A DNA stretch of 63,049 bases, from NCBI GenBank assembly GCA_013697005.1, contig JACCXM010000103.1:1-63049 (forward strand), given 5' to 3'. Source of the DNA: Chloroflexia bacterium (GTDB lineage Bacteria; Chloroflexota; Chloroflexia; Thermomicrobiales; UBA6265). Below the pieces are notes generated by a model, which did not search any database, was not told the DNA's origin, and worked only from the letters and a program-made list of their open reading frames with translations. Positions 54,927-63,049 of this stretch are shown here, in pieces. A program made the translations under genes and the position numbers. How positions within the stretch are numbered: position 1 is the first letter of the stretch; the number at the start of each line of letters is the position of its first letter.

Positions 54927-56156
54927 ATGGGGATGGGTCAAGGGGCTAGGGGTGGTCGAGGTCGATGGCGCGACGGAATGTCTGCGCCGATTTCACCATG
55001 GTCCGCGCGTCCTCCGGACATCACCAGCAGCAGGACACTTTCCGATGAGGATCGGCGCACGCTGCGGAGCCGCCGTCACGCTCGGACGACCTCGATCGCT
55101 GAAAACCGTCAGGATACCAGACACGAACCGGCCATGCCCCGTGCGGTCCCCCGAATGCCGAAAACCCGTCGGGACAACCAGGTCCGCTCGCCGGGAATCA
55201 CTCTCGCCGGTACCCTCTTGATTGTGGGTTTGACAGTACTCGCGTTCGCGGGGGGACGGTTGTTCGGCCGGGTTGAAGAGCCGATCACGGAGCCGCAATC
55301 GGTGGGCAGTGCCCCCGCTCCGGCCGCGACCGCGTTTGCCATTGCGGCCCCTTTCAACGAGGCGGTTGTGGACACGCCAGTGCCGCTTCCGGTTACCTTC
55401 GCTCGCGCGCCAGTGGTTTGTCTTGATCCGGGCCACGGTGGTGAGGATCGTGGTTTCACGCGCTTTGTTGAGAACACCGTGCCTGATATGGAGGAAGCCA
55501 TTCTGGTGCTCGAGCATGCGTGGGATCTGGAAGCACGATTGCTGCAGCGCGGTTATGAGGTCGTGCTGACTCGTGAGACTGATGCGGCGGTGAATCTTCA
55601 AGGGGCCGATGTCAATGGGGACGGACGCACGGCCGCTCATGATGCTCCTCGTTCAAACCGAAACAAGAATCTCGATGAGCTCCAGTCGCGCATCAACCTG
55701 TGCAATGAAGCGAAAGCGGATCTTCTGGTTTCGATGCACGTGAACGGATTCACCAATGGAAACCCGCGAGGCTTTGAGACATGGTTTACACGAGAGCGCT
55801 CCTTTGGCGATCGCAATGCGGTGTTTGCCACACTGGCGTTCGCTCACCTCAAGGAGCAACTGGGCTACATTGGCTACGTGCTACCAACCGAAGACGAACG
55901 TGGCGTCTATCCCGATACGACCGCGGACGTCCAAAAAGAACATTCACTCTTCCGCCACTTTATCGTGACCGGCCCGGAGGTCCCCGGCGTCGTCAATCCC
56001 AGCAAGATGCCGGGTGCAATCGTCGAAGCACTCTTTGTCTCGAATGATGGCGATGCCTCGATCCTCGCTGATCCCGCTGGCCGCGACGCAATCGTGACAG
56101 CGTACGAGAATGCGATTGTGGAGTATTTTGAGCGGTATCCGCCCGACGCTCGCTGA
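54927..56156 (+). CDS. N-acetylmuramoyl-L-alanine amidase (Amidase_3), membrane-anchored, paralog 2
   Basis: TM segment ITLAGTLLIVGLTVLAFAGG, VVCLDPGHGGEDRG, ADLLVSMHVNG, EALFVSN. Start is uncertain (54927, 54978 or 55134). Confidence 0.8.
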   Translation: MGMGQGARGGRGRWRDGMSAPISPWSARPPDITSSRTLSDEDRRTLRSRRHARTTSIAENRQDTRHEPAMPRAVPRMPKTRRDNQVRSPGITLAGTLLIVGLTVLAFAGGRLFGRVEEPITEPQSVGSAPAPAATAFAIAAPFNEAVVDTPVPLPVTFARAPVVCLDPGHGGEDRGFTRFVENTVPDMEEAILVLEHAWDLEARLLQRGYEVVLTRETDAAVNLQGADVNGDGRTAAHDAPRSNRNKNLDELQSRINLCNEAKADLLVSMHVNGFTNGNPRGFETWFTRERSFGDRNAVFATLAFAHLKEQLGYIGYVLPTEDERGVYPDTTADVQKEHSLFRHFIVTGPEVPGVVNPSKMPGAIVEALFVSNDGDASILADPAGRDAIVTAYENAIVEYFERYPPDAR

Positions 56157-56204
56157 CCGGGCGAACGGACTTGGCGGACATTATTGACAGCATCGCGGGA
56201 TCAT

Positions 56205-57818
56205 ATGGAAACCAAATCGTTGCTGTCAGGCTCGGGAGTCGATCGCCGTCCGTTGAGCCGGCGCGGGGTTATTCTAGGTACGCTCGCGGTTCTTGCCGCG
56301 GCCGTTAGCGCTGCGGGCTCGCTCGCGATGCAATGGTCACGGTCCGCCCGTCAACCTATGCCCGCTGCGGTCCCGCGAGTTCCGGCATCCGTTGCCACCC
56401 CTGGCCCTGAAACGACGCCTTCGTCACCGGTTGAGGTCCAACCAACCGCGGCAACGCCTCGGTCAGCGACCGTGCGCACGCTCGAGAACTCCGGATTGCC
56501 GGACGGCATGGTTTTCGTGGCCTCGCCACGGATGCCTGTTGGCGGCGTCGGTCCGGAGGATCCATGGCGCATGCTCACGGGTCAGATCACAAACTGGGCC
56601 GCGGTCGGCTCGGCGGTCCCCTATCCGGTGCGGCCCGTCGCACTTGCTGAAGCCACGGTTGCGGGAATCCGAGCCGAGCAATCGTTCGATACCTACGACG
56701 CGCTTGCAGCTGCGCTTGCTCTCGATCGGGGAGCCGTGGCACTTCTTCCCACTGACATCGTCGATTTTCGGGTGCAAACTCTGACCGTTGGCGAGGTCGA
56801 TGCTTTGTTGACTCCGGTGAAAGCGGTAATGCCGGTGCGCATCGGGGTTGTAGGAGACATTGTTCCCGGACGCAACGTCCATCTCCATATGGTCGATTTT
56901 GGCGACTTCACCCGGCCATTTCATCACGTTGCAGCTTTGCTTCGATCGTTTGATCTGACCGTAGCAAATCTGGAAGGCAACCTTTCGGAATCTCTGCCCC
57001 AACCAGCCGATCCGCATTCGGTAACGTTTGTCTCCAATCCCGCGATGCTGGAGGGCTTTGAGCAGGCAGGAATCGATGCCGTGACGCTGGCCAACAACCA
57101 TACGGTCTGGAACGACGAGGGCTGGGGAGATCAGGGATTACTCGACACCATCGCCGCGCTCAATGCGTACGGCGTGCCCTATTTTGGTGCGGGGACAAAT
57201 CTCGAGACAGCGCGAGCACCCCTGGTGCGGGAAGTTAACGGGACCAGAATCGCGCTCATCGGCATTGACGGCGTAACGGCGAACTACGAAGCCGAGCCCG
57301 GCAGGGCGAACGGCGTACTGGATGTCGATGCGGGGGCTACCGCAGATGGCGCGGGTACGAATCCTTATCTTGGCACCCAAATTTTCGCCGACATCAGGGC
57401 GGCCACAACCGTGGCTGATTTGGTGATCCCGTATTTCCATTTTGGCGCCGAATATGTGGCCGTGCCGCCTCTTTGGTCGGTGCAAGCCGCGCACATGGCA
57501 ATTGATGCGGGTGCGGGGATGGTGGTCACTAATCACCCGCATGTGATCCAGGGGATGGAAATCTACGCCAACAAGCCCATCGTTTATTCACCAGGAAACT
57601 TCATCCTCGACCAGATGTGGGCTGCTGAAGTTCGTTCTGGGTATGCGCTTGAAATTGTCGTGCGGGGAGCGAACATTGTCGGCCTGCGATTTCATGGTGT
57701 GGAGATCGAGGATTTTCACCAGCCGAGGTTGATGACCTCAGGTGAGCAGGCGGCCTTAATGGACCGCTTCTGGGCCGCAACTGACCGTCTGGCTAGCCGG
57801 GAATCGACAACGACTTAA
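56205..57818 (+). CDS. CapA/PGA_cap family metallophosphoesterase-like protein with an N-terminal PBP-like module
   Basis: VANLEGNLSE, LANNHTVW, IPYFHFGAEY, TNHPHVIQGME. The N-terminal part contains LTGQITNWAAVG, reminiscent of PstS-type binding proteins. Confidence 0.8.
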   Translation: METKSLLSGSGVDRRPLSRRGVILGTLAVLAAAVSAAGSLAMQWSRSARQPMPAAVPRVPASVATPGPETTPSSPVEVQPTAATPRSATVRTLENSGLPDGMVFVASPRMPVGGVGPEDPWRMLTGQITNWAAVGSAVPYPVRPVALAEATVAGIRAEQSFDTYDALAAALALDRGAVALLPTDIVDFRVQTLTVGEVDALLTPVKAVMPVRIGVVGDIVPGRNVHLHMVDFGDFTRPFHHVAALLRSFDLTVANLEGNLSESLPQPADPHSVTFVSNPAMLEGFEQAGIDAVTLANNHTVWNDEGWGDQGLLDTIAALNAYGVPYFGAGTNLETARAPLVREVNGTRIALIGIDGVTANYEAEPGRANGVLDVDAGATADGAGTNPYLGTQIFADIRAATTVADLVIPYFHFGAEYVAVPPLWSVQAAHMAIDAGAGMVVTNHPHVIQGMEIYANKPIVYSPGNFILDQMWAAEVRSGYALEIVVRGANIVGLRFHGVEIEDFHQPRLMTSGEQAALMDRFWAATDRLASRESTTT

Positions 57819-58087
57819 TCTTGATTCGGATTGGGTCCCGCCGCCCGCAGCTCCTGCGATCCGCGCAATGCCGCCTCCGCCGCAGCCACATTTTCACGAC
57901 TCTGTTCCAGTCGCTCCTGAGCGCGCCGCAACCTGGATTCGTCCGCGGCGAGCGCCGCAAGTGCATCCCTGAGGCGTTTTTCAGCCTTCCGTTCTTGCTT
58001 GAGCAGACGTTGTTCGGTGGCGGCGCCCGCGGCAAGCAGCTCGCCGATCCTGGCCTCCAAATCTCGCTCCTTAATATCCTGACTCAT
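57815..58087 (-). CDS. Small coiled-coil protein, hypothetical
   Basis: GAAAGGGG RBS. The 90-aa protein has heptad-like, Ala/Glu/Arg/Leu-rich sequence (RLLKQERKAEKRLRDALAALAADESRLRRAQERLEQSRE). Confidence 0.5.
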   Translation of the reverse strand: MSQDIKERDLEARIGELLAAGAATEQRLLKQERKAEKRLRDALAALAADESRLRRAQERLEQSRENVAAAEAALRGSQELRAAGPNPNQD

Positions 58088-58221
58088 CGGGCCCCTTTCG
58101 CCTACAACACCAGCGGTCGCGCACTCGGCGCGCCGATCCAGTGTCCATATATCAGAAGCCAGTAGACTCTCTGCATGATACGCCCTCGCAGAAAACGTTC
58201 ACCGCATGTTTGGCTCCTGAA

Positions 58222-59178
58222 ATGACGTCCGGCTCGCAGGTATCGGCAGCTGCTATCGACATCGGATCGAACTCGATCAAGATGACCGTTGCCCGTCTGG
58301 ATGAAACCGGCGAGATCGAGCAATTCGATTGGGCCTCGGAAGTCGTGCGCCTGGGACAAGGCCTCGACCAAACCGGACGCCTCGAGGATGAGCGGATCGA
58401 GGCGGCAGTTCAGACCTTGTGGCGATTCGCGGCACGCGCGGAAGAGCTCGGCGCGACCCAAGTGTTGGCGGTGGCAACCGAGGCGACTCGGAGCGCTGTC
58501 AATGGCGCGGCGTTTCTGCGCCGTGTGCGCGAGGAGACTGGAATAAACGTTCGCGTTGTCGACGGGAACGAGGAGGCGGCACTGACCTTTCGCGGATTGT
58601 CTGCCGAAACCGACCTAACGGGTCTCATCGTGATCGCGGACATCGGTGGTGGCAGCACCGAGATCGTCGTCGCAGATAACGGCGCCATGCAGGCAGCACG
58701 CTCGATTCCTCTTGGATCGGGCCGTCTCACGGATCGCCACATCCTCGCCGACCCACCGTCGCCCGTAGAGTTGCAGGCAAGCGAGGCAGACGCTGCGGCG
58801 GCGATTGCTGGAGTCCTCGAGAAACTGTCATCGACCAGCCTACGCGAAGCCCGGTTGATTCTCGTCGGTGGTACTGGAGAGTACCTGGCCCGGCTCGTGC
58901 CTGATGAGCAGCAGGTCACCTTGAGCTCCGTGCGGAACGTTATAGCGAAGATTGAAACGCTTTCGGCAGCCGAACTGGCCGCGGAGATAGAGATACCTGA
59001 AGCGCGCGCTCGGGTGTTGCCCGCCGGGGCAGCGATTGTCGCGGCGCTCGCCGAACTCCTGCGGCCGGATCATATCGAGATATCCCGAAGCGGTATACGC
59101 ACCGGGCTGCTGCGCGAGGCGTTTTTCGGCGCGGAAGGCGCGAATGGAGGGGTTCTCCGGGTTTCGGCAAATGGATGA
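58222..59178 (+). CDS. ppx: Ppx/GppA family phosphatase (short form, no HD-domain C-terminal region)
   Basis: AAIDIGSNSIKMTVARLDETGE, VLAVATEATRSAVNG, IADIGGGSTEIVV. Confidence 0.85.
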   Translation: MTSGSQVSAAAIDIGSNSIKMTVARLDETGEIEQFDWASEVVRLGQGLDQTGRLEDERIEAAVQTLWRFAARAEELGATQVLAVATEATRSAVNGAAFLRRVREETGINVRVVDGNEEAALTFRGLSAETDLTGLIVIADIGGGSTEIVVADNGAMQAARSIPLGSGRLTDRHILADPPSPVELQASEADAAAAIAGVLEKLSSTSLREARLILVGGTGEYLARLVPDEQQVTLSSVRNVIAKIETLSAAELAAEIEIPEARARVLPAGAAIVAALAELLRPDHIEISRSGIRTGLLREAFFGAEGANGGVLRVSANG

Positions 59179-59656
59179 TCTGAACTTTCGAAACACCATG
59201 AAAGGGCTCATTGCCGATCGGTGGGCCACCGTTTGGCGAGCAATTCCGGTCGCTCTCGAGGGCACGGATATCGAGGGCGTTCATGACGTGCGCGTTGCGT
59301 CGCGTCGCCTGCGGGCAGCAATGGATGTTGCGGCACCCGTCTTCGCGCAACGTTGGTACAAGATGCTGCACCGAACAGCAAAGGAGCTTACCGGGGCGTT
59401 GGGCGAAGTCCGGGATCGCGACGTATTGCTTGTGGCGCTGCGAGAGGATCGGAGTGCGGCGCCGCTCGCCGAGCATCCTGGGCTTGATCGGTTGATCGAA
59501 CGCGTCGAGCGCGAGCGAGCCGCGGCGCGGGTCGATATGGAACGCTACCTGAGGGAACTTTTGGAAGGCCCGTTGCACGATGAAGTTGAACGCCGGTTCT
59601 CGAGGATACCGGTTGACTCGAACGGATCCATAGTTGCCGACAGGATCGCGCAATGA
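59171..59656 (+). CDS. CHAD domain protein, N-terminal half
   Basis: ATGGATGA overlap with the ppx stop. Motifs VHDVRVASRRLRAAMDV and LGEVRDRDVL. Confidence 0.75.
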   Translation: MDDLNFRNTMKGLIADRWATVWRAIPVALEGTDIEGVHDVRVASRRLRAAMDVAAPVFAQRWYKMLHRTAKELTGALGEVRDRDVLLVALREDRSAAPLAEHPGLDRLIERVERERAAARVDMERYLRELLEGPLHDEVERRFSRIPVDSNGSIVADRIAQ

Positions 59657-60249
59657 CCCGCGCCTGGCCCGTAGGCAATGTCGATCCCAACGCTTCAGTG
59701 CTTGAGAATGCGCGGCGAGTGTTGGCGGTAAGAATCGCAGAGTTCTACGCGTTTGCTCCGGTGGTGCCTCATCCAGAACTTTCGGAAGCGCTGCATGATT
59801 TGCGTATCGTCGCGAAGCGACTCCGATACACACTGGAGCTGTTTCGCCCCCAGTTCGGCAAGCGAGGCGATCAGTACATCGAGCGTGTCAAGGCAGTTCA
59901 AGAGGCGCTCGGAGCGGTGCACGACCATGACGTGAGGATTGAACTGATCGGGAGTGAGCTGTCCTTGTTGATGGTGGAACTGAGCCGAAAAACACGATTC
60001 GAGATCGCTGACGCGTCTCCTGAGGAACTGGTGCAGATTGCTACCGCCGCAATGCGCCCGCCTCCTGATGATCCCCGCAGGGGCTTGATCGCCCTCCTGG
60101 GACGGGAGCATGCTGCCCGGCGAGCCGCGTATGCCCGCTTTCGCGACGTCTGGACGCAACACGCGGATGAGGGCATGCGGGCTGGGCTGGTCTCCCTGAC
60201 GACGACCCCTCCGGTCAAACGAACTCCCTTGGCAATGGCTGAAACATGA
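59653..60249 (+). CDS. CHAD domain protein, C-terminal half
   Basis: ATGA overlap with the preceding ORF. Motifs LHDLRIVAKRLRYTLELF and LGAVHDHDVRI. Confidence 0.75.
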   Translation: MTRAWPVGNVDPNASVLENARRVLAVRIAEFYAFAPVVPHPELSEALHDLRIVAKRLRYTLELFRPQFGKRGDQYIERVKAVQEALGAVHDHDVRIELIGSELSLLMVELSRKTRFEIADASPEELVQIATAAMRPPPDDPRRGLIALLGREHAARRAAYARFRDVWTQHADEGMRAGLVSLTTTPPVKRTPLAMAET

Positions 60250-61529
60250 GTCAAACCGAGCACAGAAGGGTGCGTGCACGCGCCATCACGGAGTCGGTCA
60301 CAAACCTGCGGCCGCAGATCGTCGCCGCGCTTCAAGAGCTTGTTCGAATCCCCAGTCAGACCGGTGACGAGCTGGGCGCTCAACTATCGATCGCAACAAT
60401 GATGCGAGACCACGGGCTCGACGTCGAGATGTGGGAGCCCGATCACCGACTGCTCGAGCCGCACGCGGAGTCGGTCACGATCGGAAATGGATTCGCCGAT
60501 CGACCAAATGTCCTTGGGTTGCTTCACAGCGATGGGGCCGGCCGGTCGCTGATTCTGAATGGTCACATCGACACCGTCGAGCCGGGTGATGAACGCGCGT
60601 GGGAGCACCCACCGTTGAGTGGCGCGGTCAAAGAGGGCAGGTTGTATGGCCGCGGGTCCTGTGACATGAAGGGCGGCCTCGTCGCGAATCTCTTCGCGCT
60701 GCACGCGCTGCGCCAGGCTGGATTCATTCCCGCGGGCGACGTGATCATGCAAAGCACAATATCTGAAGAAGATGGTGGAGCCGGAGCGCTCGCGGCGATC
60801 CTTCGCGGATACGTGGCGGACGGTGTGGTCATTTCAGAGCCAACTGGACTCGCGCTGGTGCCGGCGCACGGTGGCGCGTTGATGTTCAGACTGCATGTTC
60901 CTGGGCTTTCCGCCCACGCGGGTGCCAGGGATGAAGGAGAAAGCGCGATCGAAAAGTTTGCGTACCTGCATCACGGGTTGCTTCAGTTCGAGGCACGCCG
61001 GAATCGTGAGATTACCGACCCACTCTATGCCGAGCTGCCGAACAAAGTTCCCATTAATGTTGGAACGATTCACGGTGGCGCCTGGGCGTCGTCCGTTCCC
61101 GAGTTCGTGGTTGCAGAAGGGCGTGCTGGACTCATACCGGGAGAAAACCTGGCGACGTTCAAACAGGAGTTTGCCGGGGAAATTTCGCGGCTCGCGGTTG
61201 CCGATCCGTGGCTGCGGAACAACCTACCGCGAGTCGAATGGCTCAATGGGCAGTTTGCGCCCGCGGCCATTCCCATCGATTCGCCTCTTGTTAGCACACT
61301 CAGTGAGGTTTGGACCCGGGCTTATGGAACTCAGCCAAAAATTATCGCCGAGCCTTACGGTGCCGACATGCGGCATTTTGTCATGACCGGTGGTATGCCG
61401 TGCCTAATGTTCGGCGCTGGTGACGTGCGACTCGCCCACGCACCCAACGAATCGATCCCCCTCGAAGAATTGTTCACCGCGGTCAGAATCACCGCCGAGT
61501 TCATCGCGGAATGGTGCGGGGTCATGTAA
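60246..61529 (+). CDS. ArgE/DapE/ACY1 family M20 deacylase
   Basis: ATGA overlap with the upstream gene. Motifs LVRIPSQTGDE, LILNGHIDTVEPG, GRGSCDMKGG, ISEEDGGAG. Confidence 0.85.
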   Translation: MSQTEHRRVRARAITESVTNLRPQIVAALQELVRIPSQTGDELGAQLSIATMMRDHGLDVEMWEPDHRLLEPHAESVTIGNGFADRPNVLGLLHSDGAGRSLILNGHIDTVEPGDERAWEHPPLSGAVKEGRLYGRGSCDMKGGLVANLFALHALRQAGFIPAGDVIMQSTISEEDGGAGALAAILRGYVADGVVISEPTGLALVPAHGGALMFRLHVPGLSAHAGARDEGESAIEKFAYLHHGLLQFEARRNREITDPLYAELPNKVPINVGTIHGGAWASSVPEFVVAEGRAGLIPGENLATFKQEFAGEISRLAVADPWLRNNLPRVEWLNGQFAPAAIPIDSPLVSTLSEVWTRAYGTQPKIIAEPYGADMRHFVMTGGMPCLMFGAGDVRLAHAPNESIPLEELFTAVRITAEFIAEWCGVM

Positions 61530-61593
61530 CCATGTCTTGTGAAATCCTCGCGCAGTCACGATCACTGAACGCCTTTTAAAGCTGTGCAAAACA

Positions 61594-61622
61594 TTGACAG
61601 AATCTTCCCTCCTCACTAAGCT
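61594..61622 (+). promoter_or_regulatory. Candidate sigma-70-type promoter (-35 TTGACA, 17 nt, -10 TAAGCT) for the Crp/Fnr-family gene
   Basis: Perfect -35 hexamer at 61594-61599 and a TAnnnT -10 at 61617-61622, about 95 nt upstream of ATG 61716. Confidence 0.35.
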
Positions 61623-61715
61623 CCAAATCGAGAGCCGCCTTTGATCTAGCGACCGAGTCATAGACGGGTCCGGGTTGCCAGCGAACGGGCAACGGATATC
61701 CAGAGGGGACATGTC

Positions 61716-62540
61716 ATGAAGTTTGCTTCCCGCGATGGGGCCACCGCGCGAACATTTGCTGTAACCGCTCCGGGTTGGTATCTAACGACGGACGTTACCC
61801 GCGATTCTCCTTCTTCCTCTCCCAATCGGGCGATGACGGCACGTAATGACTATCGTGAAATCGCCCAGGTTCAAGGCGACGCGAATTCTTCGGAAGGGTT
61901 TACCAAGTCGACAACGGTGGTGTTCAATCGAGGACAAGAGATTTTTGGACCCGGGCGAGGTCGGGGACGGGTCTACATCGTGCGTTCGGGCTGTATCCGG
62001 CACTACAAGGCGCTACCCGACGGCCGATCGATCAATCTCGGTCTCCTCGGACCTAATACGATTTTTACCCAGGAGATCGATCCGGACGGGCTGTCCAGCG
62101 GCGCTGCCGCCGAAGCGCTTGTCGATTCTTCGGTGTCGGTAGTCGAAGCGGACGATCTCGTGGATCTTATCCAGCGCGCCCCGGAACTGGCCACGGCCGT
62201 CGTCCACGGCATGGCAATACGATTGTCGGAGCTCCAGACGTTGACCGAGCATCTGCTGGCGCGCGACACATCTGTGCGTTTAGCCACGACGTTGTTGTCA
62301 TTGGCCCGAGGATTTGGCAGGCCGACCGCGGATAGCCTTACCGCGATCACGTTACCGATGACGCATCAAAATCTCGCCAACATGATTGGCTCCAACCGGG
62401 TGACCGTGACACGTAAGCTGCTCGAGCTCCAGGAGCGAGGCGCGGTTCGATCGTTGGGAAGGAACTCGATCGCCGTAGATCAGGTTAAATTGTTGACTCA
62501 CGCTCAGGCTGCCACAACGAACGAGTCTGCTTTCGCCTAG
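61716..62540 (+). CDS. Crp/Fnr family transcriptional regulator
   Basis: cNMP-binding-like N-terminal domain and C-terminal HTH (THQNLANMIGSNRVTVTRKLLELQERG). ATG 61716 has a GAGGGGA RBS; ATG 61833 is the alternative. Confidence 0.85.
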   Translation: MKFASRDGATARTFAVTAPGWYLTTDVTRDSPSSSPNRAMTARNDYREIAQVQGDANSSEGFTKSTTVVFNRGQEIFGPGRGRGRVYIVRSGCIRHYKALPDGRSINLGLLGPNTIFTQEIDPDGLSSGAAAEALVDSSVSVVEADDLVDLIQRAPELATAVVHGMAIRLSELQTLTEHLLARDTSVRLATTLLSLARGFGRPTADSLTAITLPMTHQNLANMIGSNRVTVTRKLLELQERGAVRSLGRNSIAVDQVKLLTHAQAATTNESAFA

Positions 62541-62595
62541 CATCCGACCTCTGGGTCGCGGCAGAGCCCCCTTTCCATCAGCGCGCGGAGCACCC

Positions 62596-63049
62596 ATGAA
62601 TTCTAGAGAATCAGTCGGACCCGACGCTCCGCAACCGATAACGGGAACGATTCTGATCACCGGCGGCGCTGGATTTGTTGGGCGAAATCTGGTCGAGGCG
62701 TTAGGCGCGCGTCCAATACGAGTTCTGGTGCGCGATACTCGCCGTGCTGCCAAGCTCTTGGGATCAAACATTGAACTTTTCGAAGGCGACGTCACCCGGC
62801 CCGAAACTTTGCATGGTGCGATGGGCGGTGTCGCGGCAGTGATCCATCTCGTGGCGATCATCTCTGAAGCCGGGAGTGCGACCTTCGGCAGCGTGATCCG
62901 GCAAGGAACCGTGAATGTAGTAGCCGAAGCCAAACACTCGGGAGTTTCCCGCTTTCTCCACATGAGTGCGCTAGGTGCGCGCAATGACCCGCGCTTCGGC
63001 TACTTTGAAGCAAAGTGGCAAGCCGAAAAAGCGGTCGAAAAATCGAGCA
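62596..63049 (+). CDS. NAD(P)-binding SDR/NmrA-like (NDUFA9-like) protein, partial (C-terminus beyond the window end)
   Basis: Own translation from ATG 62596: MNSRESVGPDAPQPITGTILITGGAGFVGRNLVEAL...VIHLVAI...YFEAKWQAEKAV (Rossmann TGGxGFxG motif). No stop in the window. Confidence 0.75.
   Translation, partial: MNSRESVGPDAPQPITGTILITGGAGFVGRNLVEALGARPIRVLVRDTRRAAKLLGSNIELFEGDVTRPETLHGAMGGVAAVIHLVAIISEAGSATFGSVIRQGTVNVVAEAKHSGVSRFLHMSALGARNDPRFGYFEAKWQAEKAVEKSS

Noticed and set aside
60342-60350. GTTCGAATC, which resembles a tRNA T-loop.
   Set aside because: It lies inside the M20 deacylase frame (LVRIPSQTG). The flanks cannot form acceptor or anticodon stems.
61539-61561. TGTGA...TCACG, resembling a CRP half-site pair, upstream of the Crp/Fnr-family gene.
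   Set aside because: The half-sites are 13 nt apart rather than the 6 nt of the CRP consensus, and the second half is imperfect. This is probably chance.
62352-62984. 210-aa minus-strand ORF at the window end.
   Set aside because: It is antisense to the Crp-family C-terminus and to the TGGAGFVG Rossmann protein, and its sequence is Arg-rich junk.
1-63049. Scan for CRISPR arrays, IS/transposase genes, integrases, rRNA/tRNA genes and toxin-antitoxin pairs.
   Set aside because: I found no spaced direct-repeat array, no transposase- or integrase-like ORF and no tRNA-like cloverleaf in the intergenic regions I could read. Absence is by eye only; tRNAscan, Infernal and ISfinder should confirm it.

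Overview
This is a GC-rich bacterial chromosomal segment (roughly 60-65% G+C by eye, not computed). It is densely packed with about 60 protein-coding genes, many joined by 1-8 nt start/stop overlaps (GTGA, ATGA, TAATG, ATGTTTGA). Gene content and protein style suggest a high-GC monoderm lineage such as Chloroflexota/Thermomicrobia or Actinomycetota, but that is inference only.

Most of the window is core housekeeping:
- the t6A operon (tsaE-tsaB-rimI-tsaD)
- a Ski2/HelY-like helicase, thiL, cca, gatB, gdh, guaA, rnz, proC and trmH

There is also a conspicuous phosphate theme:
- a PhoA-family phosphatase
- a phoB-like regulator followed by pstSCAB-phoU
- a short Ppx plus CHAD genes

I recognised no rRNA, tRNA, CRISPR array, IS element or prophage block.

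The strongest finding is a glutaredoxin-like/PDZ fusion gene (41911..42465, minus strand). Its reading frame carries an in-frame TGA exactly at the first Cys position of the redox motif, giving U-P-W-C. A perfect 7-bp hairpin with an AGUU loop starts 15 nt downstream of the TGA. This makes it a candidate selenoprotein, which ORF callers would truncate to a fragment lacking the redox motif.

Other points worth a second look:
- A lower-GC accessory-looking patch (36.5-41 kb) encodes a triple-Excalibur protein with a sortase-like IPRTG tail, an atypical orphan receiver domain and two disordered Arg/Asn-rich proteins.
- An isolated nuoG-nuoI pair lacks nuoH and is followed by an aldehyde dehydrogenase and a GAF histidine kinase.
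- A translationally coupled ppx / split-CHAD / M20 operon.
- A helicase with no canonical start codon upstream of its Q motif.
- A lone RusA-like resolvase.
- Tandem amidase paralogs next to a CapA-family gene.

All coordinates come from the ORF track plus manual codon arithmetic. No database search or folding calculation was possible.
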